Notes under the pieces: model-generated
The model's input: only the letters and a program-made list of their open reading frames with translations
Told to the model about the DNA's origin: nothing
The model's database searches: none
Source of the DNA: Candidatus Dormiibacterota bacterium
GTDB taxonomy: Bacteria > Chloroflexota > Dormibacteria > Aeolococcales > Bog-877
Length of the DNA stretch: 64,000 bases
Direction of reading: 5' to 3'
NCBI GenBank assembly: GCA_049279335.1
Contig: JBAPNX010000007.1
Span: forward strand, 7,013 to 71,012
Position numbers and translations under genes: made by a program
In this document: positions 9,196-18,804 of the stretch, piece after piece
Numbering within the stretch: position 1 is the stretch's first letter
Layout: each line of letters starts with the position of its first letter

Positions 9196-9571
9196 GCATA
9201 GAAGCCACGCCGCGACCACGGTTGTGAAATTCGGTGAGTTTGCGGCCCCGGAGCGGATCAAGGGCTGCTCCCAGCCGGTGGCCCCACCTTTGGACGCCAC
9301 CCAAGCCAGCGAGGTGGCGGCCCTGGGAAGGGCTCTCGGAGACCCGACCCGGGTACAGATCATTCACATCCTGGTCGCGGCCACCGAGCCTGTCTGCGTC
9401 TGTGACTTCACTGCCGCGTTCGACCTTGGCCAGCCCACCATCAGCCACCATCTCGCGAAGCTCCGCCAAGCCGGCCTCGTGACCTGTTTCAAGCGAGGCC
9501 TCTGGGCCTTCTACCAGCTCAACCCCGAGATGTCCGATCGAGCCAGACTGGCGGTGCAGCTGATTCCCTGA
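9155..9571 (+). CDS. arsR: ArsR/SmtB family metalloregulator
   Basis: HTH 'RVQIIHILVAA...CVCDF...QPTISHHLAKLRQAGLV' with metal-binding CVC motif; start may be the internal ATG at 9188/9194. Confidence 0.8.
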   Translation: MMRRWYSVDRPMSMHRSHAATTVVKFGEFAAPERIKGCSQPVAPPLDATQASEVAALGRALGDPTRVQIIHILVAATEPVCVCDFTAAFDLGQPTISHHLAKLRQAGLVTCFKRGLWAFYQLNPEMSDRARLAVQLIP

Positions 9572-9574
9572 CCA

Positions 9575-9720
9575 CGGCTCGCAGATTTGACAGCCTAACC
9601 TGCGGACGGCTGGCTCACGCGACGAACGCCACTGGACGTCCGGAAGGCAATCCTTCGGGACCGCACGAAGTACCATCCCGATCAGGGTGAAGCGATCGAA
9701 TCGGACGTGAAAGCGGGATC
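9575..9720 (+). repeat. Third, more divergent copy of the tmRNA-like element (copy C)
   Basis: 'GATTTGACAGCCTAACCTGCGGACGGCTGG...GCCACTGGACGTCCGGAAGGCAATCCTTCGGGA' matches the TTTGACAGCCTAA / GACGGC / CACTGGACG blocks of copies A and B, with a compensatory hairpin CCGGAAGG/CCTTCGGG. Confidence 0.3.
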
Positions 9721-10360
9721 TGGTGCGCTAGAGGAGCTGACGACCATCTCGCCGCCATGGAGGGTATCCCTTGAGCTGAGCTGGGACGCCTACTGCGCCG
9801 GAAGTGCGCCTGTCGGAGCGGTGGTCACAGATGCTTCTGGTGCGATCGTCGCGCACGGAAGAAGTAGGTGGTTCGAACCGACCGCCCCGTCGGGGCAGCT
9901 TGCAAACACTCACCTGGCCCACGCTGAAGTCAACGCTTTAGCCGGGCTGACGCCCGGCAATTACGAGGACCACACTCTCTACACCACCCTCGAGCCGTGC
10001 CTCCTCTGCACCGCAGCGACGATCCATTCACACGTCGGCACCGTGAAGTACGCTGCCAGTGACCCGCTGTGGGAAGGGCTGCGTCGACTTCCTGAACTCA
10101 ATCAACATATTTCCCGCAGATGGCCGCGGTGGGATGGGCCTCTGGTCGGCCCAATTGGGGGCTGGAGCCTGCTGCTCGCGATGGTATGGCATCTGCAGCG
10201 CGAACCAGACTCAGTCGTCGTCCGGGCGTACGAGGGCACAATGTCAGATGCGCTGGCCATCGCCCGCCGGACGCTGGCTGCCGGAATACCGGCGAAGGGA
10301 GGCACTCTCGATGATGCGATGGCCTCGGCGTCGCCGCTACTTGAGCCTGGACCGTCTTGA
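9707..10360 (+). CDS. Cytidine/deoxycytidylate (nucleoside/tRNA adenosine) deaminase family protein
   Basis: Zinc motifs 'HAEVNAL' and 'PCLLC'; start codon uncertain (GTG 9707 or ATG 9766). Confidence 0.6.
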   Translation: MKAGSGALEELTTISPPWRVSLELSWDAYCAGSAPVGAVVTDASGAIVAHGRSRWFEPTAPSGQLANTHLAHAEVNALAGLTPGNYEDHTLYTTLEPCLLCTAATIHSHVGTVKYAASDPLWEGLRRLPELNQHISRRWPRWDGPLVGPIGGWSLLLAMVWHLQREPDSVVVRAYEGTMSDALAIARRTLAAGIPAKGGTLDDAMASASPLLEPGPS

Positions 10361-10972
10361 GTTCTCGGCTCGGCTTGAGAGACAGTGCAGGGTGGTCCCG
10401 AAGTAACCGGTGCTCGGAGGTGCACGTTCCGCTACCGAGCACGGTCTAATCGGACCAAGCAGGGACACATGATGACTCACCGCTTTGGCGTAAGGCTCAG
10501 CCCAGGCCTCGCTTTCGCTGCCCTATTGATGGCTGATGCGGCGCGACCTCGCTGACCCCGCGAAGATCTCCCAGCCCGACCCAACTTGCGCCGAGCCCAA
10601 GTGCTGGCTCGGCCCGGCCGCGTAGACCTGGCTCCTTGGCTGACCTCGGCGGCACTGCCCGGCCCCTGCGAACACCTGCAGCGACGCGGTGATGGCGTGC
10701 CCTACCCACCGTCATCATCCGCTGGGTCCGCCTTGTCCCCGACTGATAACCCCTTGCTAATCGCTCGCGGTCGAAACTGATGGGGCCGGGGTCGCGGGGG
10801 CGGCTGCTGCGCGGGGGCCTTCTTTCCAACTCCAAGGCCAGAAAAACTACCGCTGCCTGGCGGACCCCGGCATCGCCGACTGACTATTGTGTAGCGAGAG
10901 TGGGCTCGAGGAATCGCCTGTGGCTGCCGCTGAGTTAGGCCATCGATCGGCACTAGAGAAGGGGGACACCAG

Positions 10973-11269
10973 ATGTATGGAACCGTCTTTCGCTACCGGT
11001 TGAAGTCAGGAATGGAACAGCAGCATGTGGACTTGCTCAAGGAGTTCGACACAAACCCTCCCGAGGGGTTTGTGGGTGGATGGACGTACCGCCTCGACAG
11101 CGGAGCTGGGGAGTTCATGACAGCCGTGTCGTTCGCTGACAAGGATGCCTACCTCCAGAACGCCAACCGTCCCGAGCAGGCGGAATTTTTCCGACGCTTC
11201 CGCGAGCTTCTCAGCCAAGACGTCGAGTGGAACGACGGTGAGATTGTGGTCATCCAGGGCCAGCAATAG
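10973..11269 (+). CDS. Small ABM/Dabb-like (ferredoxin-fold) protein
   Basis: 98 aa, soluble, GGAGA-type RBS; weak similarity by composition only. Confidence 0.35.
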   Translation: MYGTVFRYRLKSGMEQQHVDLLKEFDTNPPEGFVGGWTYRLDSGAGEFMTAVSFADKDAYLQNANRPEQAEFFRRFRELLSQDVEWNDGEIVVIQGQQ

Positions 11270-11501
11270 CAGTCTGAGTTGTACCTTCTAGTGCGCCTGA
11301 TCTGGTTGGGCGTGCGTAAGGTGCGCTTCCGCAGGTGGGGTGGCCGAAGCTCCCGCCCGTTCTAAAATCGATTTCGCGTTGGCGGTGGCATTCGGTCTTT
11401 CGCGGCCACCTGCCCAACTGGCAGCATCGCCTCTCGCGACGCGCCCGTCGGTCAGGCTGCTAACCAGGAATTAATTGTCGCCTCGGTAAGTTCTGGGGCA
11501 G

Positions 11502-13217
11502 ATGGGTACGCAGCCACTGACAGCATCGGCTAGCGAGCTCGGCATGACCACTAAGCAGGTAGTTGTTCTCGGTGCCCCGGGCCGGGGGGGGTATCGACAG
11601 CTTGAGGTTGGCACGGGCGAACCGGTGCGGCTGCGCACTGATCTAGGAGGCAGCGTGCCTTCGCCGCGGCTCCGCTCGCTTCTCGCCTTCGTCCAACTCT
11701 CTGACCTTCACGTGACTGACGTCCAGAGCCCAACCCGGGCTGAGTTCCTCGACCGCTCAGTGGATGAGGAGGGGACGCAGGTACGGGCGGGCACCTACCG
11801 GCCCCAGCAGGCCCTGTCTTGCCAGGTAGTGGAGGCGGCAGCGCGGACGGTGCGGGCGCTGTCCGGTGGCCCGGCGGCTGGTGCCCCTCTCGCATTCGCG
11901 ATATCTACCGGCGATGCCGCTGATAACGGCCAGCGCAACGAGCTAGTCGCTTATTTGGCACTGCTCGACGGAGGCCGAGAGGTGGTCCCTGACTCGGGTG
12001 ATCCGGAACGCTACGAAGGCGTCGATGTCTCCGACCCGTACGACACCGGCTACTGGCATCCCGACGGCACTCCACCCGGTCAGCCTGACGACCTGGCACG
12101 TGCGCGCCGCGGCTTTCCCGAGGTGGCGGGCCTGCACCAAGCCTGCCGCAAGCCTTTCGTGGCGACAGGACTCGGCCTGCCGTGGTATGCCGTGTACGGC
12201 AACCACGACGCCCTGTTGGCTGGCGCTGTCCCACCGGTCGCTGCGCTGGTCTCGCGGGCAGTTAGTGGGGACAAGCTGAGTCTGCTTGACCTGGAAACGG
12301 ATGTGGTTGACCTGCTCATCGCCACGGAGACAGAGCCGCAGATCGATTTCTGGCTCAGGGCCGGCTGCAGAACCCGTCCCGTCACCTCCGATCCTGCGCG
12401 CCGACCGGTGCAGGCCCAGGAGTGGATTGCCGCCCACCGGGAGCTGCCGGGTGAGCCCTGCGGACACGGCTTTGACGCAGAGGCAGCGGCCAGCGGTCGC
12501 GCGTACTACCGCATCGACAGCGGCATGGTCAGCTGCCTGATCCTGGATACCGTCAATCGGGCCGGCGGTTGGCAGGGGAGTCTGGACGCCGACCAGTTCC
12601 GCTGTCTGGAGAGTGAGCTGGTCGCCGGGCATGGCCACTACTACGACGCGTCCGGCGAGGATGTCTGGGCCAGTGCCTCGGACCGACTGTTCATCCTCGC
12701 AAGCCACCACCCGCTGGAGTGCTTCGTCAACGCTTATCCGCCCGACGGGCCGCCCCGGGTGCTGCGAGACGAAGTCCAGCTGATGTTGGCGCGCTTCCCG
12801 AACGTCGTCTTATGGGTCAACGGGCACACGCACATGCACACCATCGTCCCCTTCCCGGCAGGCCATGGCAAAGGGCGAGCTACCGGCTTCTGGCAGGTGA
12901 CCACCTCGTCTCTGATTGACTGGCCCCAGCAAGCTCGCTCCATAGAGCTGGCGGTCGATGAGACAACGGGCGACCTGGTCATTACTGCGGTAGCGGTCGA
13001 CCACAGCGGCCGAGTCAACCCCGCGGGCCAATCTCTGGACGACATAGACGTCCTCGCTGGCTGGTCACGCGAGTTGGCCGCAAACGCCTGGCAGCGGCGC
13101 CGCATCCCATCGGAGCCCGATGGACAGGGGACTGCGGATGATCGCAACGTGGCCTTGGTGGTCCCGGCACCCTTCCCCCTCACGGGGGCCAGGCGGCTAG
13201 AGTCCGGTTCCAGCTAG
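11502..13217 (+). CDS. Calcineurin-like metallophosphoesterase (large actinobacterial type)
   Basis: 571 aa; 'LSDLHVTD', 'GDAADNG', 'AVYGNHD', 'GHTHMH' metallophosphatase motifs. Confidence 0.75.
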   Translation: MGTQPLTASASELGMTTKQVVVLGAPGRGGYRQLEVGTGEPVRLRTDLGGSVPSPRLRSLLAFVQLSDLHVTDVQSPTRAEFLDRSVDEEGTQVRAGTYRPQQALSCQVVEAAARTVRALSGGPAAGAPLAFAISTGDAADNGQRNELVAYLALLDGGREVVPDSGDPERYEGVDVSDPYDTGYWHPDGTPPGQPDDLARARRGFPEVAGLHQACRKPFVATGLGLPWYAVYGNHDALLAGAVPPVAALVSRAVSGDKLSLLDLETDVVDLLIATETEPQIDFWLRAGCRTRPVTSDPARRPVQAQEWIAAHRELPGEPCGHGFDAEAAASGRAYYRIDSGMVSCLILDTVNRAGGWQGSLDADQFRCLESELVAGHGHYYDASGEDVWASASDRLFILASHHPLECFVNAYPPDGPPRVLRDEVQLMLARFPNVVLWVNGHTHMHTIVPFPAGHGKGRATGFWQVTTSSLIDWPQQARSIELAVDETTGDLVITAVAVDHSGRVNPAGQSLDDIDVLAGWSRELAANAWQRRRIPSEPDGQGTADDRNVALVVPAPFPLTGARRLESGSS

Positions 13218-13260
13218 ACCTAACCGGTAAGCCGCACCCTTGTCCTGAGGAGGTTCTGCC

Positions 13261-13584
13261 GTGGCAAACCCGCCAGACCTACGGTACGCGACCATTATTG
13301 AATCGCTCAACGCCAACCAGAACAAGACGCCTGCAGTTCAGGCCAAGGCAATCCAAGACGCGCTCCGCGGCATGGAGCAGCCCACTCAACCCGTGGCCGA
13401 CCTGCTCTGGAAGGTTTTAGTGTTCGCTCTGGCGAGCGTCGCCGTCCTATCTCTCTTGGGCCTGGTCGTTCTAATAGCACTGGGGAAGACGCCAGATCTG
13501 GTCCTGACAGCGTTTACTGCATCCGTTACCGGGCTCGTCGGCCTGTTCGTCCCGGCTCCAGGTGGAGGCCGCTGGGTCGGGTGA
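13261..13584 (+). CDS. Small membrane protein (hypothetical)
   Basis: 107 aa with one long hydrophobic stretch; GAGGAGG RBS upstream of a GTG start. Confidence 0.3.
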   Translation: MANPPDLRYATIIESLNANQNKTPAVQAKAIQDALRGMEQPTQPVADLLWKVLVFALASVAVLSLLGLVVLIALGKTPDLVLTAFTASVTGLVGLFVPAPGGGRWVG

Positions 13585-13701
13585 TCGCAATCATCGTCCG
13601 ACAGTGGCACGTGCCGCCGCGGGGGCCAAACTTTCCCTGAGCGCCTTCGAGAACCCGTACAATGACCGCCAATTTATGACCGATTTGAGGAGATTGCGGC
13701 G

Positions 13702-14067
13702 ATGAGCTACCAAGTCGCCTACCTTCGGATGCTGAACAAGTACTTTGGCTTCGAGGGCCGCGCCACCCTGGGTGAATTCTGGAAGCCGTTCGTAATCAAC
13801 TTCATCGTCGGCGTGGTTTTTGCGATTTTGGAGGTGGCTATTCACCCTCTGGTGTTCCTCGCCGACCTCTTTTATCTGGCGATCCTCTTCCCCGGGCTGG
13901 CTCTCTTGTTTCGACGGCTCCACGACACCGGTCGCAGTGGCTGGTGGTGGTTGGTCGGCCTGATTCCTCTGGTTGGTTGGCTGGTGATCATCTATCTGGC
14001 CGCCCAACCCGGCAACCCAGATAGCAACAGCTTTGGTGCTCCCTCTGACGTCAGTCGAGGCGCGTGA
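13702..14067 (+). CDS. DUF805 family inner-membrane protein
   Basis: 'GRATLGEFWK', 'RRLHDTGRSGWWWL' signatures; GAGGAG RBS. Confidence 0.7.
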   Translation: MSYQVAYLRMLNKYFGFEGRATLGEFWKPFVINFIVGVVFAILEVAIHPLVFLADLFYLAILFPGLALLFRRLHDTGRSGWWWLVGLIPLVGWLVIIYLAAQPGNPDSNSFGAPSDVSRGA

Positions 14068-14385
14068 GTTCCAGAGCGGTCTGACGGCACGGTCCACCGT
14101 CGGTTCTTTGAGGGCCTGGATAGGCGTCGACGGAGCTAGGCGGTGGCCGGGGTAGCCAGGTCCCACCCGAACTCGTGCGAGCATCAAGCGTCGACCCCCT
14201 TGAATAGAAGCGGCGCGCCCCACGCTGTGCGCGCTCTTGACGACGCGGACGGAAGGGAGCCACCGACCATGCGCAGTCTTGGCCACGAGCTACCGGTCGA
14301 GGCTATGCCCTCTACAACCGCGCCGCTCATTTGATGAGATCGCCGGGGACAGTCGTGGCCGGCCTCGGGGGGAGCGGCAGGGACT

Positions 14386-14913
14386 TCATCTTGGGCCTGG
14401 CGGCCGGTGGCCCTCGTGCGGGGGCAGTGGAATCGACTCAATGCCCGGTGGCTGATCCGGCCACACCAGCAGAACAGAACAAGGAGCGTGGTCGACAACG
14501 AACCGCGTGGTCGGGCCCAAGCTCCTAGGCCCGAGATGCGAGCGGTCACCGTCGCGCGCCGCAACCAGTAGATCAACGTCCTGGGCGACTGCTAGGACAA
14601 CTTCGCGCTCAACCCTGCCTTGTCGATGGAGAAGCTCAGCATCCTGCCGGCCCAGCCGCGAGGCGGCGGCAGCGAGCAACTCGGCCGCCGCCTCATCAGC
14701 TATGTCCTGGTACTGGTGCGGAGGAGTTCGTATTGGAAACGCCCTTCCAAGTAAGGCGCCCGCGGCTGCCTCCGCAACCTCGCTCGGATCCGACGGTGTG
14801 ACGTGGAGAAGCGCCACTCGGACGTCCGGGGGAATGCGGTCGGCCACCGCATCGACACATCCCCGCCAGGTCCCTTCGACCAACCAGAGAACGACCCGCA
14901 CGGGGTGAATCAT
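14386..14913 (-). CDS. Universal stress protein (UspA domain)
   Basis: 175 aa starting 'MIHPVRVVLW'; USP fold features 'LLVAARDGDRSHLGP..GPTTRFVVDHAPCSVLLV'; ATGA overlap with upstream permease. Confidence 0.7.
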   Translation of the reverse strand: MIHPVRVVLWLVEGTWRGCVDAVADRIPPDVRVALLHVTPSDPSEVAEAAAGALLGRAFPIRTPPHQYQDIADEAAAELLAAAASRLGRQDAELLHRQGRVEREVVLAVAQDVDLLVAARDGDRSHLGPRSLGPTTRFVVDHAPCSVLLVWPDQPPGIESIPLPPHEGHRPPGPR

Positions 14914-16160
14914 CCCACCAGCCGCAAGGAGACCCAGAGGGCGACGGTTGCGGCGAGGAGCACGGGAGGCACCGTGATAGCTCCAAGGCGCATGAACTCC
15001 GAAATAGGGAGTTCCTCCCCGCGCCTCCTGAGGACGCGCCGCCACAGCAGAGTGGCGAGGGAGCCCGCGTAAGTCAGGTTGGGTCCGGTATTTACCCCGA
15101 TAAGCACCGCGAGCACCGGGCCGACTCCCACAGCGGCGGCCACCGGAAGAAGGAGGAGTACAGCCGGGAGATTGTTGATCAGGTTGGCGAGTACAGCAGC
15201 GATGACCGCAATCAGAAGCAGCGAGCCAAGCGAGGTTCCCACCGGAAAGAAATGCATCGCCAGCGAGGCGAGCCCGTGGAGGGAAAGGGTTTTCACGACG
15301 AGCCCCAGAGCCAGCACGAAGGCGAGGAACGGAACATCGACCGCGAGCGCGACATCGCGAAGCGTGGCGCGGCGGCTGAGCACCGCTGGCACGACGAGTA
15401 CTACAGCGCCTCCCAGTGCCGCAAAGGCTGGAGCGACGTGAATGATCGACGTCGCGACGAACCCGGCTAGCGTGAGCCCCACCACCGCCACGGCGAAGCC
15501 CGCAACCCTCGGCGGTGTCCCAATGGCAATCTCGCCTTGCCCAACCAAGTCGGTAGCGAAGAAGCGCCGCAGCACCAACCATTCGACTCCGATCGCCGCC
15601 AACCATGGCAGCGCCATGGTTTCACCGAAGCGGACAAACGACAACCCGGTGGCGCTGAAGGCCAAGAGATTGGTGAGGTTGGACACCGGTAGGAGCAGTG
15701 ATGCGGAGTTCGCGAGGTGGGTGCAGGCATAGACTTGCGGCTTGGCGCGGATCCGCAGCCGAGCTACCGTCGCTAATACGACTGGGGTAAACAGAACCAC
15801 GGTTGCGTCAAGGCTCAGCACAGCGGTGATCGTGCTTGCCACCGCGAAGACGAGCGCCAGGAGCGCGACCGGTCTACCGCGGGAACGGATAGCCATCCAG
15901 GCGCCGGCAGCTTCGAACAGACCGTAGCGATCGCACATGTGGGCGAGGACGAGGATCGCGGCGAGGAAGCCAACAGTTGGACCGAGACCCCTCACTTCGG
16001 CAACAGCCTGGCTCACTGGCAAGGCTCCGAGCAGCAGCAGGAGTCCAGCCGCCGGAACCGCGACGAGGGCTTCCGGCAACTCTCGTGGTCGGACGATGGC
16101 GCAGGCCAGGGTTGCGAGTAGGAGGAGACCGGCTGCCGCCTCGGCGATGGGACCTGGCAC
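14910..16160 (-). CDS. ArsB/NhaD-superfamily permease (arsenite efflux / citrate-transporter-like)
   Basis: 416 aa, ~12 TM; 'SLDATVVLFTPVV', 'NLINNLPAVLLL' characteristic of the ArsB/YbiR family. Confidence 0.7.
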   Translation of the reverse strand: MPGPIAEAAAGLLLLATLACAIVRPRELPEALVAVPAAGLLLLLGALPVSQAVAEVRGLGPTVGFLAAILVLAHMCDRYGLFEAAGAWMAIRSRGRPVALLALVFAVASTITAVLSLDATVVLFTPVVLATVARLRIRAKPQVYACTHLANSASLLLPVSNLTNLLAFSATGLSFVRFGETMALPWLAAIGVEWLVLRRFFATDLVGQGEIAIGTPPRVAGFAVAVVGLTLAGFVATSIIHVAPAFAALGGAVVLVVPAVLSRRATLRDVALAVDVPFLAFVLALGLVVKTLSLHGLASLAMHFFPVGTSLGSLLLIAVIAAVLANLINNLPAVLLLLPVAAAVGVGPVLAVLIGVNTGPNLTYAGSLATLLWRRVLRRRGEELPISEFMRLGAITVPPVLLAATVALWVSLRLVG

Positions 16161-16360
16161 GGTTGTGCTGAGACTAAGCCCTGGGGCCTCGTCCCATTTC
16201 AGTTCGGCTCGGGGCGGAGGGATTCCGCCGGTCTAAGAGTTCAGGAGAGGTAGTCCATGGCCTCGTGGCGTCCCGGCAGTGAGACTTGCCGGCCTCAATA
16301 CCGAGCGGGGTATTCAAGGACTCCCGATACAGCCCTAGGAGTGCACTGGGCAGCGAACGG

Positions 16361-17350
16361 TCAACGCTGGGATAGTACGTCCGCGTAGGGGTCGGACGGA
16401 GCCTGGACCTCCGGGACTGCCCCACCTCCGCTTTCGGGTCCCGCAATACCCAGTGGGCCGGGTGTGCCGATGGCAAGGCCGATGAGTATTACAACGCCAC
16501 CTAGGATCTGAAGTGGTAGTACAGGTTCGCTTATCAGTATCCCCGCAGCGGCAACGGTGAGAAAGGGCTCCAGGTAGGTGTATGAGGCGGTCCGAGCTGG
16601 GCCGAGACTGTGGATGGATACCAGGTACAGCCAATTGACCGCCACTACGGCGCCCACCACGCTGAACCCGAGCAAGCCCAGCCACGCCCACGTGACATGG
16701 GGATGATGTGCGATGCCCTCGGCCAGTCCAAACGGCGCGAGCATGGTAGCCCCGGCCAGAGTGATGATGGCGGCTAAGGACAGTGGTCGGAAGCCTCTAA
16801 GTAAGCGCGGTAGCAGGAGCAGGTAGACGGCACTGGTGACCGGACTCCCCACCGCCAATAACACCCCGAGCCAGCTCGATCGACCGCCACCGGCAGTCAG
16901 CACGACGAGGGCGACCCCAACCAGCCCCAGTGCCAGTCCCGCCCACACCTTGACAGCAAATCGCTGTGAGGACCGCCAGGCCACCCAGGCGGTCACCAGG
17001 AGGGGAGTCGCCCCGAGAAACATGGCGACGAAGTCTGCATTGGTGAGGGACAGAGCCCCGGTGAACGCTGCCTGACTCACTGCGATTCCAGTCGCCGCAG
17101 CAGCGGCGATGGGCCACCATTCACTACGGCTGGGCCAGCGGATCGGGCCTTCAACTCGATTGGCGAGCATCCAGAGGCACAGGCCGCCCAACAGGAAACG
17201 CAGAGTCGAGTAAGTCAGAGGCCCGCTGTTGGCCAGCGCGACCTTGACGACGACAATGTTGACGCTCCAAAGAATCGTGGCCGCCAGGATGAGAGCATCT
17301 CCGCGGCCAAAGGCGCGTCGGCGAGCGGCCACGCGAGCCCCAATCGCCAA
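16361..17350 (-). CDS. EamA/DMT-family transporter (paralog 1)
   Basis: 329 aa, 10 TM, duplicated EamA halves; ~50% identical to the 31948-32910 protein. Confidence 0.8.
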   Translation of the reverse strand: MAIGARVAARRRAFGRGDALILAATILWSVNIVVVKVALANSGPLTYSTLRFLLGGLCLWMLANRVEGPIRWPSRSEWWPIAAAAATGIAVSQAAFTGALSLTNADFVAMFLGATPLLVTAWVAWRSSQRFAVKVWAGLALGLVGVALVVLTAGGGRSSWLGVLLAVGSPVTSAVYLLLLPRLLRGFRPLSLAAIITLAGATMLAPFGLAEGIAHHPHVTWAWLGLLGFSVVGAVVAVNWLYLVSIHSLGPARTASYTYLEPFLTVAAAGILISEPVLPLQILGGVVILIGLAIGTPGPLGIAGPESGGGAVPEVQAPSDPYADVLSQR

Positions 17351-17397
17351 CTAGGATCCCGCCTGCAGACAGCCAGCTGCGCAGGCAGTCGGACGAT

Positions 17398-17946
17398 CTA
17401 TCTGGTGGCTCCGGACCGGTCCTCCGCAGTCTCGACTAGCTCGCCCTGGATGGTGATCTGAATTTCGTTCCCGATCACGAGCCTGCCGTCCAGCAGCATG
17501 TCGGTGTTGAGACCAAAGTCCTTGCGAAGAATCTGAGTCTCCGCACCGTAGCCGATTCGGTGACCCATCATCGGGTCATTGAACTCGCCGTAGTTAACGA
17601 CGGCAAGAGTCACCGGTCGGGTAGTTCCTTTGATGGTCAGGTCTCCCAGCATCGAGTAGTGATCCGACGCCGTGACCTGAATCCCGGTGCTCTTGAAGGT
17701 TATAGTGGGATGATGCTCGACGTCGAGGATGCTGGAGTTGCGCAGGTCATTGTCGCGGCGTTCGTTGTGTGTCCGGATGCTCGCGGTCAGGATGACGACC
17801 TCCAACGATGAGGCCTCGGGACGTTCCACGTTGATGTCACCCGACGCCTGCACATCGGCGAAGTGGCCGCGCACCGTCATCATGCCCAGATGCTTGACGG
17901 CGAACTCTACTTGAGTATGTAGAGGGTCCAGTTGCCAGGTGCCCAT
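17398..17946 (-). CDS. YceI-like polyisoprenoid-binding protein
   Basis: 182 aa; 'WQLDPLHTQVEFAVKHLGMMTVRGHF' YceI signature. Confidence 0.8.
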   Translation of the reverse strand: MGTWQLDPLHTQVEFAVKHLGMMTVRGHFADVQASGDINVERPEASSLEVVILTASIRTHNERRDNDLRNSSILDVEHHPTITFKSTGIQVTASDHYSMLGDLTIKGTTRPVTLAVVNYGEFNDPMMGHRIGYGAETQILRKDFGLNTDMLLDGRLVIGNEIQITIQGELVETAEDRSGATR

Positions 17947-18804
17947 GAGCAGCCTCCTCTATCCCTTGACTGTGCGCGGAGGGCGATGACGCTCGAAGTG
18001 GCGCTGACTTCACGGCTATCGACCTAACCTCGCCTTTTCTGAACTCTAGTATCGCGCCTGGCGAGAATCTGGGAGTCAGCGGCTCGCGGCTGGGCCCGCG
18101 GGCACCTGGTCGGCCCCCCATTCGGTGTGGAGGCTCGACGGAGCAGCGCCACGGAGCGTTGGTCTCAGGTGACCCGTGGGTCGAGAAGCGCACGCAAGAC
18201 CCGTGAGACGGTCGGCGTGGCGACGTGAATATCCGAGGCAGGTGACGCGCCGCTGCCCCCTGGTCCGGACCACAAGTGGCAGCACAGGTTCGTTGGTGGC
18301 TGCAGGCCTAATCATCGGCAACGGAGGGACTCGGGACACTTTCGCGACAGGCACGGCGTTGCTACTCGGGTCGAGTACCGGAGCGGCCACCGCCGTCTAG
18401 AGCAGCAGCCGCCAGGGGTTCAGCTGAGTTGCCCACCCACGGAGAGAGGCGGGGGAAGGCGGGGCTGGCTGGTGATGATGAAGTGAGGACCACATCACCA
18501 CGTCCGCACGGGCACAAATCGTGCTTGCCAGCCGCCGCCGCCGGGGCCGACCAGGCGGCTCAGTCGCCCTCCCTCGCGTCCCCAGCCCGGACAGTGTTCC
18601 CCATCGGCGATTACAGAGGAGTTAACCGGTGCGGACCGCCACGCCCTCATCTACATCCAGCAGCGCGGGAACCGGTCCGGTTGGTGGGCGGCATCCCAGC
18701 CCTCGAGGCGCGGCGCTTGGCTCGGGCGGGGCAATCGGACTGGCAAGGGCAGGCTCGTCGGGCCCACCTCGGCGCCAGTTAGTCGATCTCCGAGGCCGCC
18801 CCTC

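Noticed and set aside
11943-12710. 255-aa minus-strand ORF inside the metallophosphoesterase gene
   Set aside because: Antisense to a gene with four canonical metallophosphatase motifs; composition not protein-like.
13591-14286. 231-aa minus-strand ORF antisense to the DUF805 gene
   Set aside because: The + strand gene has RBS plus family motifs; the antisense translation is low complexity.
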